Assembly: GCA_049969615.1 (NCBI GenBank)
Contig: JBMFOM010000007.1
Location: 7,960 to 37,183, forward strand
Length of the DNA: 29,224 bases
Origin: a candidate division WOR-3 bacterium
Lineage (GTDB): Bacteria; Hydrothermota; Hydrothermia; JBDRYB01
Reading direction: 5' to 3'
Shown here: piece by piece, positions 1 through 8,920 of the stretch
How positions within the stretch are numbered: the first letter of the stretch is position 1
Layout of the letters: every line of letters begins with the position of its first letter
Program-made: the position numbers and the translations under genes
The notes under the pieces: generated by a model
Database searches by the model: none
Seen by the model: the letters and a program-made list of their open reading frames with translations, nothing else
Told to the model about the DNA's origin: nothing

Positions 1-195
1 CGCATGAGATCTGAATAAAACGCCATTATAATCCCAAATTAACAGGTGGCCGTCGGTGCTGGTTGAGTAAGAGCGGCCTATGCCAACAATAAGGGATTGG
101 AATCCAGCCCCAGCTCTTATCTCGTCGTCAAGTCCTGTCCCCCAGACCGGGGCATCGCCGATCCCGGATAATAAAAGCCAAACACAATGGGTCAT
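1..195 (-). CDS. Partial CDS (N-terminus only, runs off the window edge); probable secreted beta-propeller-repeat protein
   Basis: Not in the ORF track. ATG at 195 overlaps the S8 gene stop (ATGA). Open for 65 codons to the edge: MTHCVWLLLSGIGDAPVWGTGLDDEIRAGAGFQSLIVGIGRSYSTSTDGHLLIWDYNGVLFRSHA. WGTGLDDE resembles WGGxxDD propeller repeats (inference). Confidence 0.65.
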   Translation of the reverse strand, partial: MTHCVWLLLSGIGDAPVWGTGLDDEIRAGAGFQSLIVGIGRSYSTSTDGHLLIWDYNGVLFRSHA

Positions 196-2975
196 CTCGT
201 TATCACGAGTTTAGATTTGTCGGCCATGAGGCCGGAGGTTCTCAGAATTATGAAGTATATTCCAGCAGGAACGGTGGGAATTCCTATCCGTCCCTCGGTT
301 GGTCCCTGGCCACTTACCAGGTTTTTTACCTTCCTCCCTGCCGCATCATACAGCTCCAGCGAGAAATCTCCACCCTGGACGGAGTAGAGGAGGGTTGGTC
401 TTGGCCCCACGCTTGAAAGAACGCGCAGGAATGGCCGTGGCAATGTCCCCGCAAAGGTCTCTCGCGTTACCAGGAAAGCGGTATCCGGTAGGGATAACCT
501 GCCCCATCCCCAGATGGTGTCCGGCGAGAATCCGGTTATTGAATCCCGGTTGGCCCAATCTTTGAAAAGCGAGATAGCCTCCTCTGGCACGATGCCCGGC
601 TGTGCTTGGAGTAGCAAAGCGACAGCGCCCGCGCCTTGTGGCGCGGCCATGCTTGTTCCGGACATTATCGCGTGTGCTCCATCAAGGCTGAGTTGCCAGC
701 CAGGCCAGCCCCGGTCTCCGGATGCTGTTGATATTACAGTTCCAGCCGCGGCCACATCCGGCTTTATCCTGTTGTCTCTGGTGGGGCCTTTGCTTGACCA
801 TGACCTTATGAACGGGACGGTCGGATATATCCAGCTGTCATAGTGAACCCCCTCGGAGCTCTCCCAGCCTGTCCTTGCCCCATATGCGCCTACAGCGAGA
901 ACCTTTGGACTACAGGCAGGCTCAATTACGGTTCCGCCGAGGGTTGCTCCCCTGATGAAAGCGCCGCCGTAGCCGTAACGCCACGCGTCAAACTGGCCGT
1001 CGCCTCCGGCGTTTTCCCTCTCCAGAATGAGACCCCATGTATAAACAGGGGGATTGTAAGGGCCCTCTATCGTCCACTCACCGAAAAGACAGCTATTGCC
1101 GGGATATGGTGTGTCGCTATAAGAGACCCTGAGATAGCCCCCGCCCTCACTCGCTCCTGGCCCTACCCACGCGCCCGGCGTTGTGCCTGGCCTCACTATT
1201 AGCGAGTTGACGATGCCGGGAGAAAACCCACCGCCCCCCGAGGAAAACCCCTCAGCAAATATCGGCATTCCGCCATCTGAAATCAGAATGCTGTCAATCC
1301 TCCAGCCATCATCAACGCCGGATCCGTCCGAGAAGATCCTGAACCTGAGCCGGATGCTTGCTCCTACGTATTCCGATAGAGAGAAGGTGTCCTCGGTTGT
1401 CCCACCGGATCCCCCGGCAAACGCGGCCTCGTAGCCGGTTGAGCCACCATAGCCTCCATAGGGGAAAACCTTTTCCCAGACCTCCCCGTCCACGCTCGCC
1501 TCAACCATGGCCCCGTCACCAGTGCCCATCGCGAAGGAGTGTGCCAATATCATGATCGGAAATGTGGTGCCCGAAAGGTTTATGCTGGGACTCTCTATGA
1601 AGCATGTGAGGTTCGGCCTGTAGTTTCCGGGAGCAGTCTCCCACGCGCCGGCCCCGGGATTATATTCCCAGTCTTGGAGGGAGGATGTGGTCGGTGGGAC
1701 AAACATCATCTTGTAACCATCGCCTCCGGTGTGAAAAAACAGGGCCTCGTAGAGTGCTCCGGGCGCTTGAAACGAGATGCTGTCCGTCCCAGAAACCACT
1801 ATCCTCGTGTGCAGGGGATCGTTGCCGGAGTTACCGGCCGCGCCAACCACTATCCTTCCTGGTCCGGTCAGGTTTGCTATCGCGGCTTCAAACGGCCCCG
1901 TCCCATCGTGTGGTCCGTAATGAGAGCCGAGGGAGAGATTGATCACACAGGGCAGACCCATGGCATCCGCCCTTCTGAATATGTAATCAACCCCATCAAC
2001 CACATCAGCGTCAAGCCATGTCGTTTTGACGGATATTATGTATGCCTCGGGCGCGAGTCCGGCGTATCGGCCGGACGCTTCAAGCCCGTTTGTTCCTGAG
2101 CCATCCCCGGCCATGGTCCCCGCTACATGGGTCCCGTGGCCCATGTCATCAACGCTTCTGGGTGTGCCGGAGATAACATCCAAGGAGTCGTATTCAACCC
2201 CATAGCCGAACTCTGGCGGTGATTGTTCTCCACCCGTGGGTACGAGGGTTTGATCCCATATCCGGATTATTCTGCTTTCACTAGTGGATGGACCGAAATC
2301 CGGATGATCCCAATCAATGCCCGAGTCAACTAAGCCAGCGATCACACCCCTACCAGTGAGGCCTCCGGCGTGCTGAACCCAGGCCCCTGTTCCCAGGTAG
2401 ACAAAGGAGGCGTCAGGCAGGACCAGTGGTTTGGCAGATAGTAGATATACCCTAGCCGCGCCCGTGCCCGACTGTGGGGTTATGACAATGTGATAATCCC
2501 CCGGAGCCGGGAGCCTCATCTCAAGCCTCCCAGCTCTTCCCCACCCGCCATCCTGGTCAGAGGCCAGGAGGGTCCAGCCCGCGTCATAAAGCTCAATCTG
2601 TGGATCCAGGGTCCCCGCCGGGTCATATGTGGCTATAATCTGTAGGGTATCCGGCATGTAAGCCGTGAAATCAATGGTGTCCGGCGGATAAATGAGATAA
2701 CTGACAGACCAGGGCCCGGCGAGGTCGTTGACAGGGAAAACAGGCCTCGCCTCCTGTAGGTATGAGACAGTTGGGTCGTGCTTTAATTCAGTGAGCGCTC
2801 CCGGATCTACCCAGGCAGTGTAATAGGGTGTCCTGCCTCCGGTTATCCTTATCCCCTTTGTTGCGAGCGCTGATGCGGGCAGGTCAGATACCACGAAACA
2901 GCGGATTGAATCATCGCGACTGGCCCAGACCATACCTGGAGAGAGCACGGCTGACAACAGCACTGCAGTTATCAC
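192..2975 (-). CDS. S8 subtilisin-family serine protease with inserted accessory domains and a T9SS-like C-terminal sorting domain
   Basis: Catalytic motifs VDSG (Asp), HGTHVAG (His), AAGN (oxyanion Asn), GTSMAAP (Ser). C-terminus LYDAAGRKV...PAGIYFI...KLVITR. Start reassigned from 3164 to the in-frame GTG at 2975, 6 nt after TATAAT, which removes the overlap with the ATPase gene. Confidence 0.92.
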   Translation of the reverse strand: MITAVLLSAVLSPGMVWASRDDSIRCFVVSDLPASALATKGIRITGGRTPYYTAWVDPGALTELKHDPTVSYLQEARPVFPVNDLAGPWSVSYLIYPPDTIDFTAYMPDTLQIIATYDPAGTLDPQIELYDAGWTLLASDQDGGWGRAGRLEMRLPAPGDYHIVITPQSGTGAARVYLLSAKPLVLPDASFVYLGTGAWVQHAGGLTGRGVIAGLVDSGIDWDHPDFGPSTSESRIIRIWDQTLVPTGGEQSPPEFGYGVEYDSLDVISGTPRSVDDMGHGTHVAGTMAGDGSGTNGLEASGRYAGLAPEAYIISVKTTWLDADVVDGVDYIFRRADAMGLPCVINLSLGSHYGPHDGTGPFEAAIANLTGPGRIVVGAAGNSGNDPLHTRIVVSGTDSISFQAPGALYEALFFHTGGDGYKMMFVPPTTSSLQDWEYNPGAGAWETAPGNYRPNLTCFIESPSINLSGTTFPIMILAHSFAMGTGDGAMVEASVDGEVWEKVFPYGGYGGSTGYEAAFAGGSGGTTEDTFSLSEYVGASIRLRFRIFSDGSGVDDGWRIDSILISDGGMPIFAEGFSSGGGGFSPGIVNSLIVRPGTTPGAWVGPGASEGGGYLRVSYSDTPYPGNSCLFGEWTIEGPYNPPVYTWGLILERENAGGDGQFDAWRYGYGGAFIRGATLGGTVIEPACSPKVLAVGAYGARTGWESSEGVHYDSWIYPTVPFIRSWSSKGPTRDNRIKPDVAAAGTVISTASGDRGWPGWQLSLDGAHAIMSGTSMAAPQGAGAVALLLQAQPGIVPEEAISLFKDWANRDSITGFSPDTIWGWGRLSLPDTAFLVTRETFAGTLPRPFLRVLSSVGPRPTLLYSVQGGDFSLELYDAAGRKVKNLVSGQGPTEGRIGIPTVPAGIYFIILRTSGLMADKSKLVITR

Positions 2976-3002
2976 CCCTATATTATAACCCATTTTCTGT
3001 GC
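2976..3002 (-). promoter_or_regulatory. sigma70-type -10 element for the S8 gene (leaderless)
   Basis: Minus strand GCACAGAAAATGGGT-TATAAT-ATAGGG-GTG. The first 21 nt are identical to 11121-11141. Confidence 0.7.
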
Positions 3003-3081
3003 AATCTGCCAGGCAATTCTCTCGCGGACCGACACGATGACCCTGTTTGCGCTCGGCCTTTTATCTGGCTCATAATTTCGG

Positions 3082-4623
3082 GTGTTTGTAAAGGTCATAT
3101 CCGCTGGCCTCCGGGGAGTTGACGCGTTTCCCGTTGATGTTGAGGTTGACCTCAGCCAGGGCATGCCTTATTTCGCGCTGGTCGGCCTGCCGGAGGCCGC
3201 GGTAAAGGAGTCGAGGGAACGAATACAGTCAGCCATGGCCAACTCCGGTCTCTTTTTCCCACTGAGAAGGCTCCGGATAAACCTTGCGCCGGCTGACATA
3301 AAGAAGGAAGGAACCGCGCTTGACCTACCAATAGCCATAGGCATCCTCGCGGCCGCCGGAAACATACCGGCCGAGACTCTAGGGAGGTTTCTCGTTCTGG
3401 GAGAGCTATCGCTTGATGGCAAGTTGAGAGGGGTGAAGGGTGCCCTGCCCTCTGCTGTTCTGGCGAGGGACATGAGCCTATCTGGCATTGTCGTTCCCGC
3501 GGACAACGGCCCGGAGGCCGCGGTCGTTGAAGGCATTGATGTGTATGCTCTGGATGATCTATCCCAGGCCGTTGAGTTCTTCCGCGGTATCTCGTTCTCT
3601 CCCTGCAGGCTGGACAGACAAAAGGCCTTCGCAGACTACAGCTTTTATGATGTTGATTTCGGAGAGGTGAAGGGTCAGGAACACGCGAAAAGGGCGCTTG
3701 AGGTCGCGGCCGCGGGCGCACACAATGTCCTGATGATAGGGCCGCCTGGTTCTGGCAAGACCATGCTCGCGCGTAGGGTTCCGACCATACTACCCATTAT
3801 GTCTCTTGAGGAATCTCTTGAGACCACGCGGGTCCACTCGGTCGCCGGCCTGATTGAGCCGGGTCAGGCACTTGTCGCCACGAGGCCGTTCCGTGCTCCC
3901 CATCACACCATATCCGATGTTGGTCTCATAGGTGGGGGTTCTTATCCCAGGCCTGGAGAGGTCTCTTTGGCGCATAACGGCGTTCTCTTTCTGGATGAAT
4001 TGCCCGAGTTCACCCGCGGCGCGCTAGAGGTCTTGCGTCAGCCAATGGAGGATGGCTATGTAATTATCACCCGCGCGAAGGCATCCGTTCGTTTTCCGGC
4101 CCGGTTCACACTGATAGCCGCGATGAACCCTTGTCCCTGTGGATACTACACCGATCCCCGGCACAACTGTACCTGTTCCGCTCACCAGATAAAGACCTAC
4201 ACCGGCAGAATATCCGGCCCCCTCCTTGACAGGATAGATATACACATTGAGGTTCCCGCCCTGAGCTATGATGAGCTCAAATCAAAGCGCGAGGGCGAAC
4301 CATCAGAGAGGATACGCGAGCGCGTAATGTTAGCACGGGAGCAACAGGCCGCCAGGTTCACCGGCGAGCGCGGGGTCTATTTCAATTCTCACATGACAGC
4401 CAGACACATAAAACGTTTTTGCGTCATAGACGAAGCCTCGGATGCCCTGCTCCGAGCCGCGATTGAGCGGTTTGGTCTCTCAGCAAGGGCTTATTCCCGC
4501 GTCCTCAAGGTTGCCAGAACCATAGCTGATCTTGAAGGCTCGGATAACATAATGGCCCATCACATATCTGAGGCAATCCAGTATCGTGTTCTGGACAGGA
4601 CTACATGGGGAAAGTATGGATAG
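3082..4623 (+). CDS. comM: YifB/ComM family Mg-chelatase-like AAA+ ATPase
   Basis: INLAPADIKKEG, GELSLDG, Walker A GPPGSGKT, RPFRAPHH, GEVSLAHNGVLFLDE, AAMNPCPCG, SGPLLDRIDI, KVARTIADL. CATAAT lies 5 nt upstream of the GTG. Confidence 0.95.
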   Translation: MFVKVISAGLRGVDAFPVDVEVDLSQGMPYFALVGLPEAAVKESRERIQSAMANSGLFFPLRRLRINLAPADIKKEGTALDLPIAIGILAAAGNIPAETLGRFLVLGELSLDGKLRGVKGALPSAVLARDMSLSGIVVPADNGPEAAVVEGIDVYALDDLSQAVEFFRGISFSPCRLDRQKAFADYSFYDVDFGEVKGQEHAKRALEVAAAGAHNVLMIGPPGSGKTMLARRVPTILPIMSLEESLETTRVHSVAGLIEPGQALVATRPFRAPHHTISDVGLIGGGSYPRPGEVSLAHNGVLFLDELPEFTRGALEVLRQPMEDGYVIITRAKASVRFPARFTLIAAMNPCPCGYYTDPRHNCTCSAHQIKTYTGRISGPLLDRIDIHIEVPALSYDELKSKREGEPSERIRERVMLAREQQAARFTGERGVYFNSHMTARHIKRFCVIDEASDALLRAAIERFGLSARAYSRVLKVARTIADLEGSDNIMAHHISEAIQYRVLDRTTWGKYG

Positions 4624-5464
4624 GGAGTCTCCATCAGAGGCTTCTCCTAAAAGCGAACCACGTTTCGGTTGGTTGGTCTGGGCTTACCTTGGCGTCCTGG
4701 TCGTGCTTTCCTTTGTCCCTAGCCCCGTTGCTGAGGGCGGACCTTATTGGACCGACAAATCTTTTCACTTCGCGGGCTATTTTTTCCTCGTGTATTTCTT
4801 TCTCCTTGCCAATGGCGGAAAGGGGAGACCTTTCGCCCTGGTCATGGCCGCGGCAATAGCCCTCCTCACCGAATCGGTTCAGGATCTGATGCCCTGGCGC
4901 CAGGCTACCCTCTGGGATGCTTTCTGGGGAATAGCCGGGGCCTCATTGGCTGTTTGTTTGCCGCAGAGAGCGAATCTCTGGCTCCTCCGCAACTTTTCAA
5001 CCTGTTTTTTCGTTGGCTACATGCCGAAGGCTCCAGCAACATGGGCAACTGGTTTTACCCTTATAGCCTTGTTTTTCGCGCCCCTTTCCCCGCCGGTCAT
5101 CTTTATGCTACTTTTGCCCTTAGCCATTCTGGCCTTATGGTCTTCTGAACACGCTGAGATCCTTTGGGGTCCTGATCCCAGGAGGGTTGTGATAGATGAG
5201 GTCCTGGGTGCTGGTCTATCCGTGATGTTCCTCCCGAAAACGCCAATAATCTACATCCTCGCTTTTTTGCTTTTCAGGACGATAGACATTCTGAAACCCC
5301 CTCCCGTCAGGCAGTTGGACAGGATGGAGATTACTGGATCGGTTGTCCTTGATGATGTGGCCGCTGGTCTGATGACCAATCTGATTCTCTTGGCCTTGAT
5401 AAGTTTTACCCCACTGGAAGAAATAGGGTTGAGGCAGGTGATGGTTTTTATTCTGGCGCGGTGA
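4616..5464 (+). CDS. pgpA: VanZ-like membrane domain fused to phosphatidylglycerophosphatase A
   Basis: N-half: DKSFHFAGY and ESVQDLMPWRQATLWD (VanZ-like). C-half: GYMPKAPAT, DPRRVVIDEVLG, FRTIDILKPPP, VLDDVAAG (PgpA). Start placed at ATG 4616, overlapping the end of comM. Confidence 0.85.
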   Translation: MDRESPSEASPKSEPRFGWLVWAYLGVLVVLSFVPSPVAEGGPYWTDKSFHFAGYFFLVYFFLLANGGKGRPFALVMAAAIALLTESVQDLMPWRQATLWDAFWGIAGASLAVCLPQRANLWLLRNFSTCFFVGYMPKAPATWATGFTLIALFFAPLSPPVIFMLLLPLAILALWSSEHAEILWGPDPRRVVIDEVLGAGLSVMFLPKTPIIYILAFLLFRTIDILKPPPVRQLDRMEITGSVVLDDVAAGLMTNLILLALISFTPLEEIGLRQVMVFILAR

Positions 5465-6542
5465 AAACCTCCTCCAGCGTTCTCACTACCCTTTCCCCGG
5501 TCCTGCCGTCCCAGAGCTCCGGGAGACGTCCTCTTGGTTTGTCGCCGTCAAGAATACGCTCGGCTTCCCGGATTATCCTCTCCCTGTTGGTTCCTATAAG
5601 CCTGTTTGTTCCTATCCGGATGGTCTCTGGCCGCTCCGTATGCTCTCTGAGCGTTAGACAGGGAACCCCCAGGATGGTGGTTTCATCCTGAATTCCACCT
5701 GAGTCCGTTATCACCAGGGCCGCGGTCTTCATCAAGCTTACTGTTTCTATGTATGGCAGTGGCCTGGTTATGGTTATACCCTCCGGCATCGGGATCTTGA
5801 ACTCAGACATTCTTTTCGCGGTCCTGGGATGAAGGGGAAGTATGAACCGCATTTTCCCCGCGAGCGCGCCGAAGGCCTCCATGATTCCCATGAGAATATT
5901 AGGATAATCCACATTTTCTGGCCTGTGAAGGGTTGAAAATATGTAATTTCCTGGTTCAAGGCGCATTTCCTCGGCGATCCGGCACGTTTCTATTTTTGCC
6001 GTGAGCCTGAACATGGGGTCAAGGTTTATGTTTCCTGCCATGAAGACGCGTTCCGGGTTGATTCCCTCGCGGAACAAGTTCTCCGCCGCGAACTGGGTTG
6101 AAGGAAAGAAGTAATCCGCTAGAGTGTCGGCAACTTGGCGGTTTATCTCCTCAGGCTGATTCGGATCGTGAGTCCTGTAGCCGGCCTCAATGTGAACCAA
6201 AGGGATTCTTCTGAGTCCAGCAACCACAGCACCCGCGAGGGTTGAGTTGACATCACCCACAACGGCTATGAAATCCGGCTTGGCGTCTGGCAGTATCGCG
6301 TCCAACCCAGCGATTGCCCTCGCGGTTTGTTCTCCGTGGGCACCTGACCCCACACCGAGGTGATAATCAGGTTCCGGTATCCCCAACTGCTGAAAGAACG
6401 AATCGGAGAGCTCTGGGTCATAGTGTTGGCCAGTGTGAACAAGGATTGGCCTTATCTTGCCACCCTTATTGGCCTCATCTATTACCGAGGCTATTTTCAT
6501 GAAATTCGGCCTCGCGCCGGCCACAAGGAGCATCTTCACCAT
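5448..6542 (-). CDS. wecB: UDP-N-acetylglucosamine 2-epimerase (non-hydrolysing)
   Basis: GARPNFMK, HTGQHYD, GDVNSTLA, HIEAG, PEEINR, TLHRPENVD, TDSGGIQ, TERPET, WDG. Confidence 0.95.
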   Translation of the reverse strand: MVKMLLVAGARPNFMKIASVIDEANKGGKIRPILVHTGQHYDPELSDSFFQQLGIPEPDYHLGVGSGAHGEQTARAIAGLDAILPDAKPDFIAVVGDVNSTLAGAVVAGLRRIPLVHIEAGYRTHDPNQPEEINRQVADTLADYFFPSTQFAAENLFREGINPERVFMAGNINLDPMFRLTAKIETCRIAEEMRLEPGNYIFSTLHRPENVDYPNILMGIMEAFGALAGKMRFILPLHPRTAKRMSEFKIPMPEGITITRPLPYIETVSLMKTAALVITDSGGIQDETTILGVPCLTLREHTERPETIRIGTNRLIGTNRERIIREAERILDGDKPRGRLPELWDGRTGERVVRTLEEVFTAPE

Positions 6543-7861
6543 GGAAGCAAGACTCCCGCTGATAGCTTTGCAAACGGATATGAACCCGCTCCTCCGCTGA
6601 GCTCAACCCAGCTCGCGCGGAAGGTCGCGATCAGCTTTCCGTATGCCAGGTTTTCGGTTTTTATAGGTGGTAGCATGTACCAACCATCAGGGTATTCACC
6701 GGTCTTTGGGTTTCTGGTCTCCAGAGAGGTTGATCCCCTTTGTTTGGTGATGAAACCTGTTGACAGGCTGAGGTTTTCGGATATATGCCAGCCTCCTTCG
6801 GCCCATGTCCTGTTGGAGCCAGGCCCCTCGTTGATCCCCAACGAAACCCCGTATAGCGAGTATTTGTCGTATTTCTTGGTGTTGTTGTAGGTGTAGGCCG
6901 AGACCCCAGCGTGTCCGGCGTCCAGATAAAACCTGCCTGCCGGAATTAACGTTCTCATGTAAAATCCCAGGTCTGCTGGTTCTTTATCCCAGTAATTTGG
7001 ATTGAACTGCATGTCATCAATGAGTAACGCGGCGAATATTCCGGCCCGGCCTATCCGCGCGCTCGCACCCAGCTCCCAAAGGATATTACAGTTGTCCTGA
7101 TACACCCACTGGTTCACATAAAGGGAAGTCAGGGGATTAAGAGCGGATAACGGCGGTAGGCTAAAAAGCGTTGCATAGGTCGCGCCCTCCGTGAACGAAA
7201 GCGTTATGTTCTCGGATGGCGCCCATTCCAAGCGTTTGCCTATGAAAAACCTTCTCACCCTGTCTCCTGGTTTAAGCCACCTCTCCTTGAACCACTCGGC
7301 CGAATCGGTTTTGTAATCGTCAAGCTGGAAAACCAAATATGAGAAGGACAGGGGACCCCTGGCATATGTGAAGCCCAGGCCATCAGCGGGAAGTCCGGAT
7401 AACAGGAGCGGCGACCAGAAAAATTTGGTCCTACCGAACAAGAGGGTTCCGTTGCCTGTAGCATATGTGAGTGCCAGTCTGGTGAACCCCGCTGTTATCT
7501 CCGCTGATGGCAGGAATCCTGTTGAGCCTATGTCCCAGGATTCCAGGCCAATGCCGTCAAGTCCGGACATAAATCCAGGCTCAGCGATCAGTCCCAGTCC
7601 CTTCTTTTCCACGATCAAGCCCGCTGTAACGTGCGTACCCGGAACTGAACAGAGCCAGACATGGCCTTCCCAGGCCAGGTATCCTTTTAGCCTTTTGGAC
7701 AGAGGCCCTTCACCCGAGACAGCTATCTCGTCACGACTTAGGCTGGATAGCGAGAACCTTGGACAGGTTATCTCACCCCTTGTCCAGGCCTCAGAGAAGT
7801 CCCGCCAGAAAGGCCACTCCTGTGGAGTGAAAATGGCCATCATTAGCATCTGAGCTATCAT
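6536..7861 (-). CDS. Outer-membrane beta-barrel, probable capsule assembly Wzi family
   Basis: GRTKFFWSPLLLS, RFFIGKRLEWAP...SFTEGATY and DNCNILW...LLIDD resemble Wzi-family segments. Alternating aromatic beta strands, C-terminal Trp, directly upstream of wecB. Start placed at ATG 7861, just after the upstream stop. Confidence 0.65.
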   Translation of the reverse strand: MIAQMLMMAIFTPQEWPFWRDFSEAWTRGEITCPRFSLSSLSRDEIAVSGEGPLSKRLKGYLAWEGHVWLCSVPGTHVTAGLIVEKKGLGLIAEPGFMSGLDGIGLESWDIGSTGFLPSAEITAGFTRLALTYATGNGTLLFGRTKFFWSPLLLSGLPADGLGFTYARGPLSFSYLVFQLDDYKTDSAEWFKERWLKPGDRVRRFFIGKRLEWAPSENITLSFTEGATYATLFSLPPLSALNPLTSLYVNQWVYQDNCNILWELGASARIGRAGIFAALLIDDMQFNPNYWDKEPADLGFYMRTLIPAGRFYLDAGHAGVSAYTYNNTKKYDKYSLYGVSLGINEGPGSNRTWAEGGWHISENLSLSTGFITKQRGSTSLETRNPKTGEYPDGWYMLPPIKTENLAYGKLIATFRASWVELSGGAGSYPFAKLSAGVLLPW

Positions 7862-7862
7862 T

Positions 7863-8570
7863 CTAGAACAGCCCCTTCTGGATGCCTCTGAGCTTGCCAG
7901 AAGCCCTCTTGTATGCCTCGGGGTCATTCTCGTAGCCGATGTAGTGCCTGTCGAGCGCTGACGCGACCGCGGCTATTGTGCCAGTGCCAGCAAACGGGTC
8001 AAGGATTATATCTCCAGGGTATGTGTATAGCTTTATGAGCCTCTTGGGTATCTCCCTGGGTAGGGAAGTGCCGTCGTATGGAACCCCCCAAACGCTCCTT
8101 GACCATTCCAGGAACTCCACGGAGCTTATGTCCGGCCTTGAGCCAGGAATCCTGGGTTCAAGTCGGAGCGAATCCTTTGAGAAAACCAGTATATGCTCGT
8201 GTATGTCCCACAGAGCGGGATTTGAGGGGCTAACCCAGCCTCCCCATGAGGATGGCATGGCGCCGGTCCCTTTGTTCCATATTATTTCACCGCGCATGGA
8301 AAGCCCTTTTCCGAGGATCATTCCGGTCATCAGGGCCGGAGAAGAGGGTTCAAGCCTTCTGATTGTGGTCGGGATTATTATTGCCAGACGCCCTCCTTTT
8401 GTCAGGGCACGGGTGCAACTGACCATGACGGCATCAAGGCCAGAGAGATAATTCTGAAGGTTTTGGCCCTTTTCGGGTGAGGGTAGTAGCGCCAGGACCA
8501 TCTGGATGGTCCCTTCTTCCACCTCGGACATTTCCGCGGGGCTCTTCCGGTAAATTACATCCACGCGCAC
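7863..8570 (-). CDS. Beta-class N4/N6 DNA methyltransferase homolog with degenerate catalytic motif IV
   Basis: EIIWNK, HEHILVFSK, EIPKRLIKLYTYPGDIILDPFAGTGT (SAM-binding motif I), RHYIGYE. The expected TSPPY position reads ALLPS. Start placed at the in-frame GTG 8570, 6 nt after TATAAT. Confidence 0.85.
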   Translation of the reverse strand: MRVDVIYRKSPAEMSEVEEGTIQMVLALLPSPEKGQNLQNYLSGLDAVMVSCTRALTKGGRLAIIIPTTIRRLEPSSPALMTGMILGKGLSMRGEIIWNKGTGAMPSSWGGWVSPSNPALWDIHEHILVFSKDSLRLEPRIPGSRPDISSVEFLEWSRSVWGVPYDGTSLPREIPKRLIKLYTYPGDIILDPFAGTGTIAAVASALDRHYIGYENDPEAYKRASGKLRGIQKGLF

Positions 8571-8606
8571 ACGGATATTATAGGCCAACTATGGGGCCAA
8601 ATTCAC
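8571..8606 (-). promoter_or_regulatory. sigma70-type promoter for the MTase homolog-wzi-wecB unit (leaderless)
   Basis: Minus strand GTGAAT-18 nt-TATAAT-ATCCGT-GTG. Confidence 0.6.
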
Positions 8607-8920
8607 ATGAGATCTCATACTTTCTTTTCCCCTGAATCCCTTATCACACAAGCAAAAGCTCTGAAACCCTTGGGGCCGTAGTGCCCCAGGGGTATGGGGG
8701 TGGATGAAAATATTCCTCCGGCCCAAGGAAAAGGTCGGTGGAATCCATGAGCTCTGTGCAAACCGGGATTTTTCAGGGGTTTCATAGCGTCTTCACCAAA
8801 GCCTTGCTCTGCCTTGACCGATTGCGAGGAGAACACGCTAAGCTCTTGTGCCCCAAGAACTTACAGGCTATCCTAAATCAAACCTTACCTCTGGGAGAGC
8901 GTTGTCTAATCAGTGACCTA

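Noticed and set aside
2976..3164. N-terminal extension of the S8 ORF overlapping comM head-to-head
   Set aside because: It reads through the promoter (MGYNI = ATGGGTTATAATATA) and is antisense to conserved comM codons; the real start is probably 2975.
5448..5464. Convergent 3' overlaps (pgpA/wecB 17 nt; SpoIID/yhaM 4 nt at 15850-15853)
   Set aside because: Short tail-to-tail overlaps are ordinary in compact genomes.
7863..8570. Restriction-modification or other defence island
   Set aside because: No nuclease, specificity subunit or mobile-element signature nearby; neighbours are envelope genes.
8589..8920. tmRNA, RNase P, SRP RNA or oriC in the large gap (smpB is in the window)
   Set aside because: No tRNA-like ends or T-loop, no GAGGAAAGUCC, no SRP loop motif, and only poor DnaA-box matches. 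The short ORFs 8615-8836 and 8738-9058 have no recognisable features.
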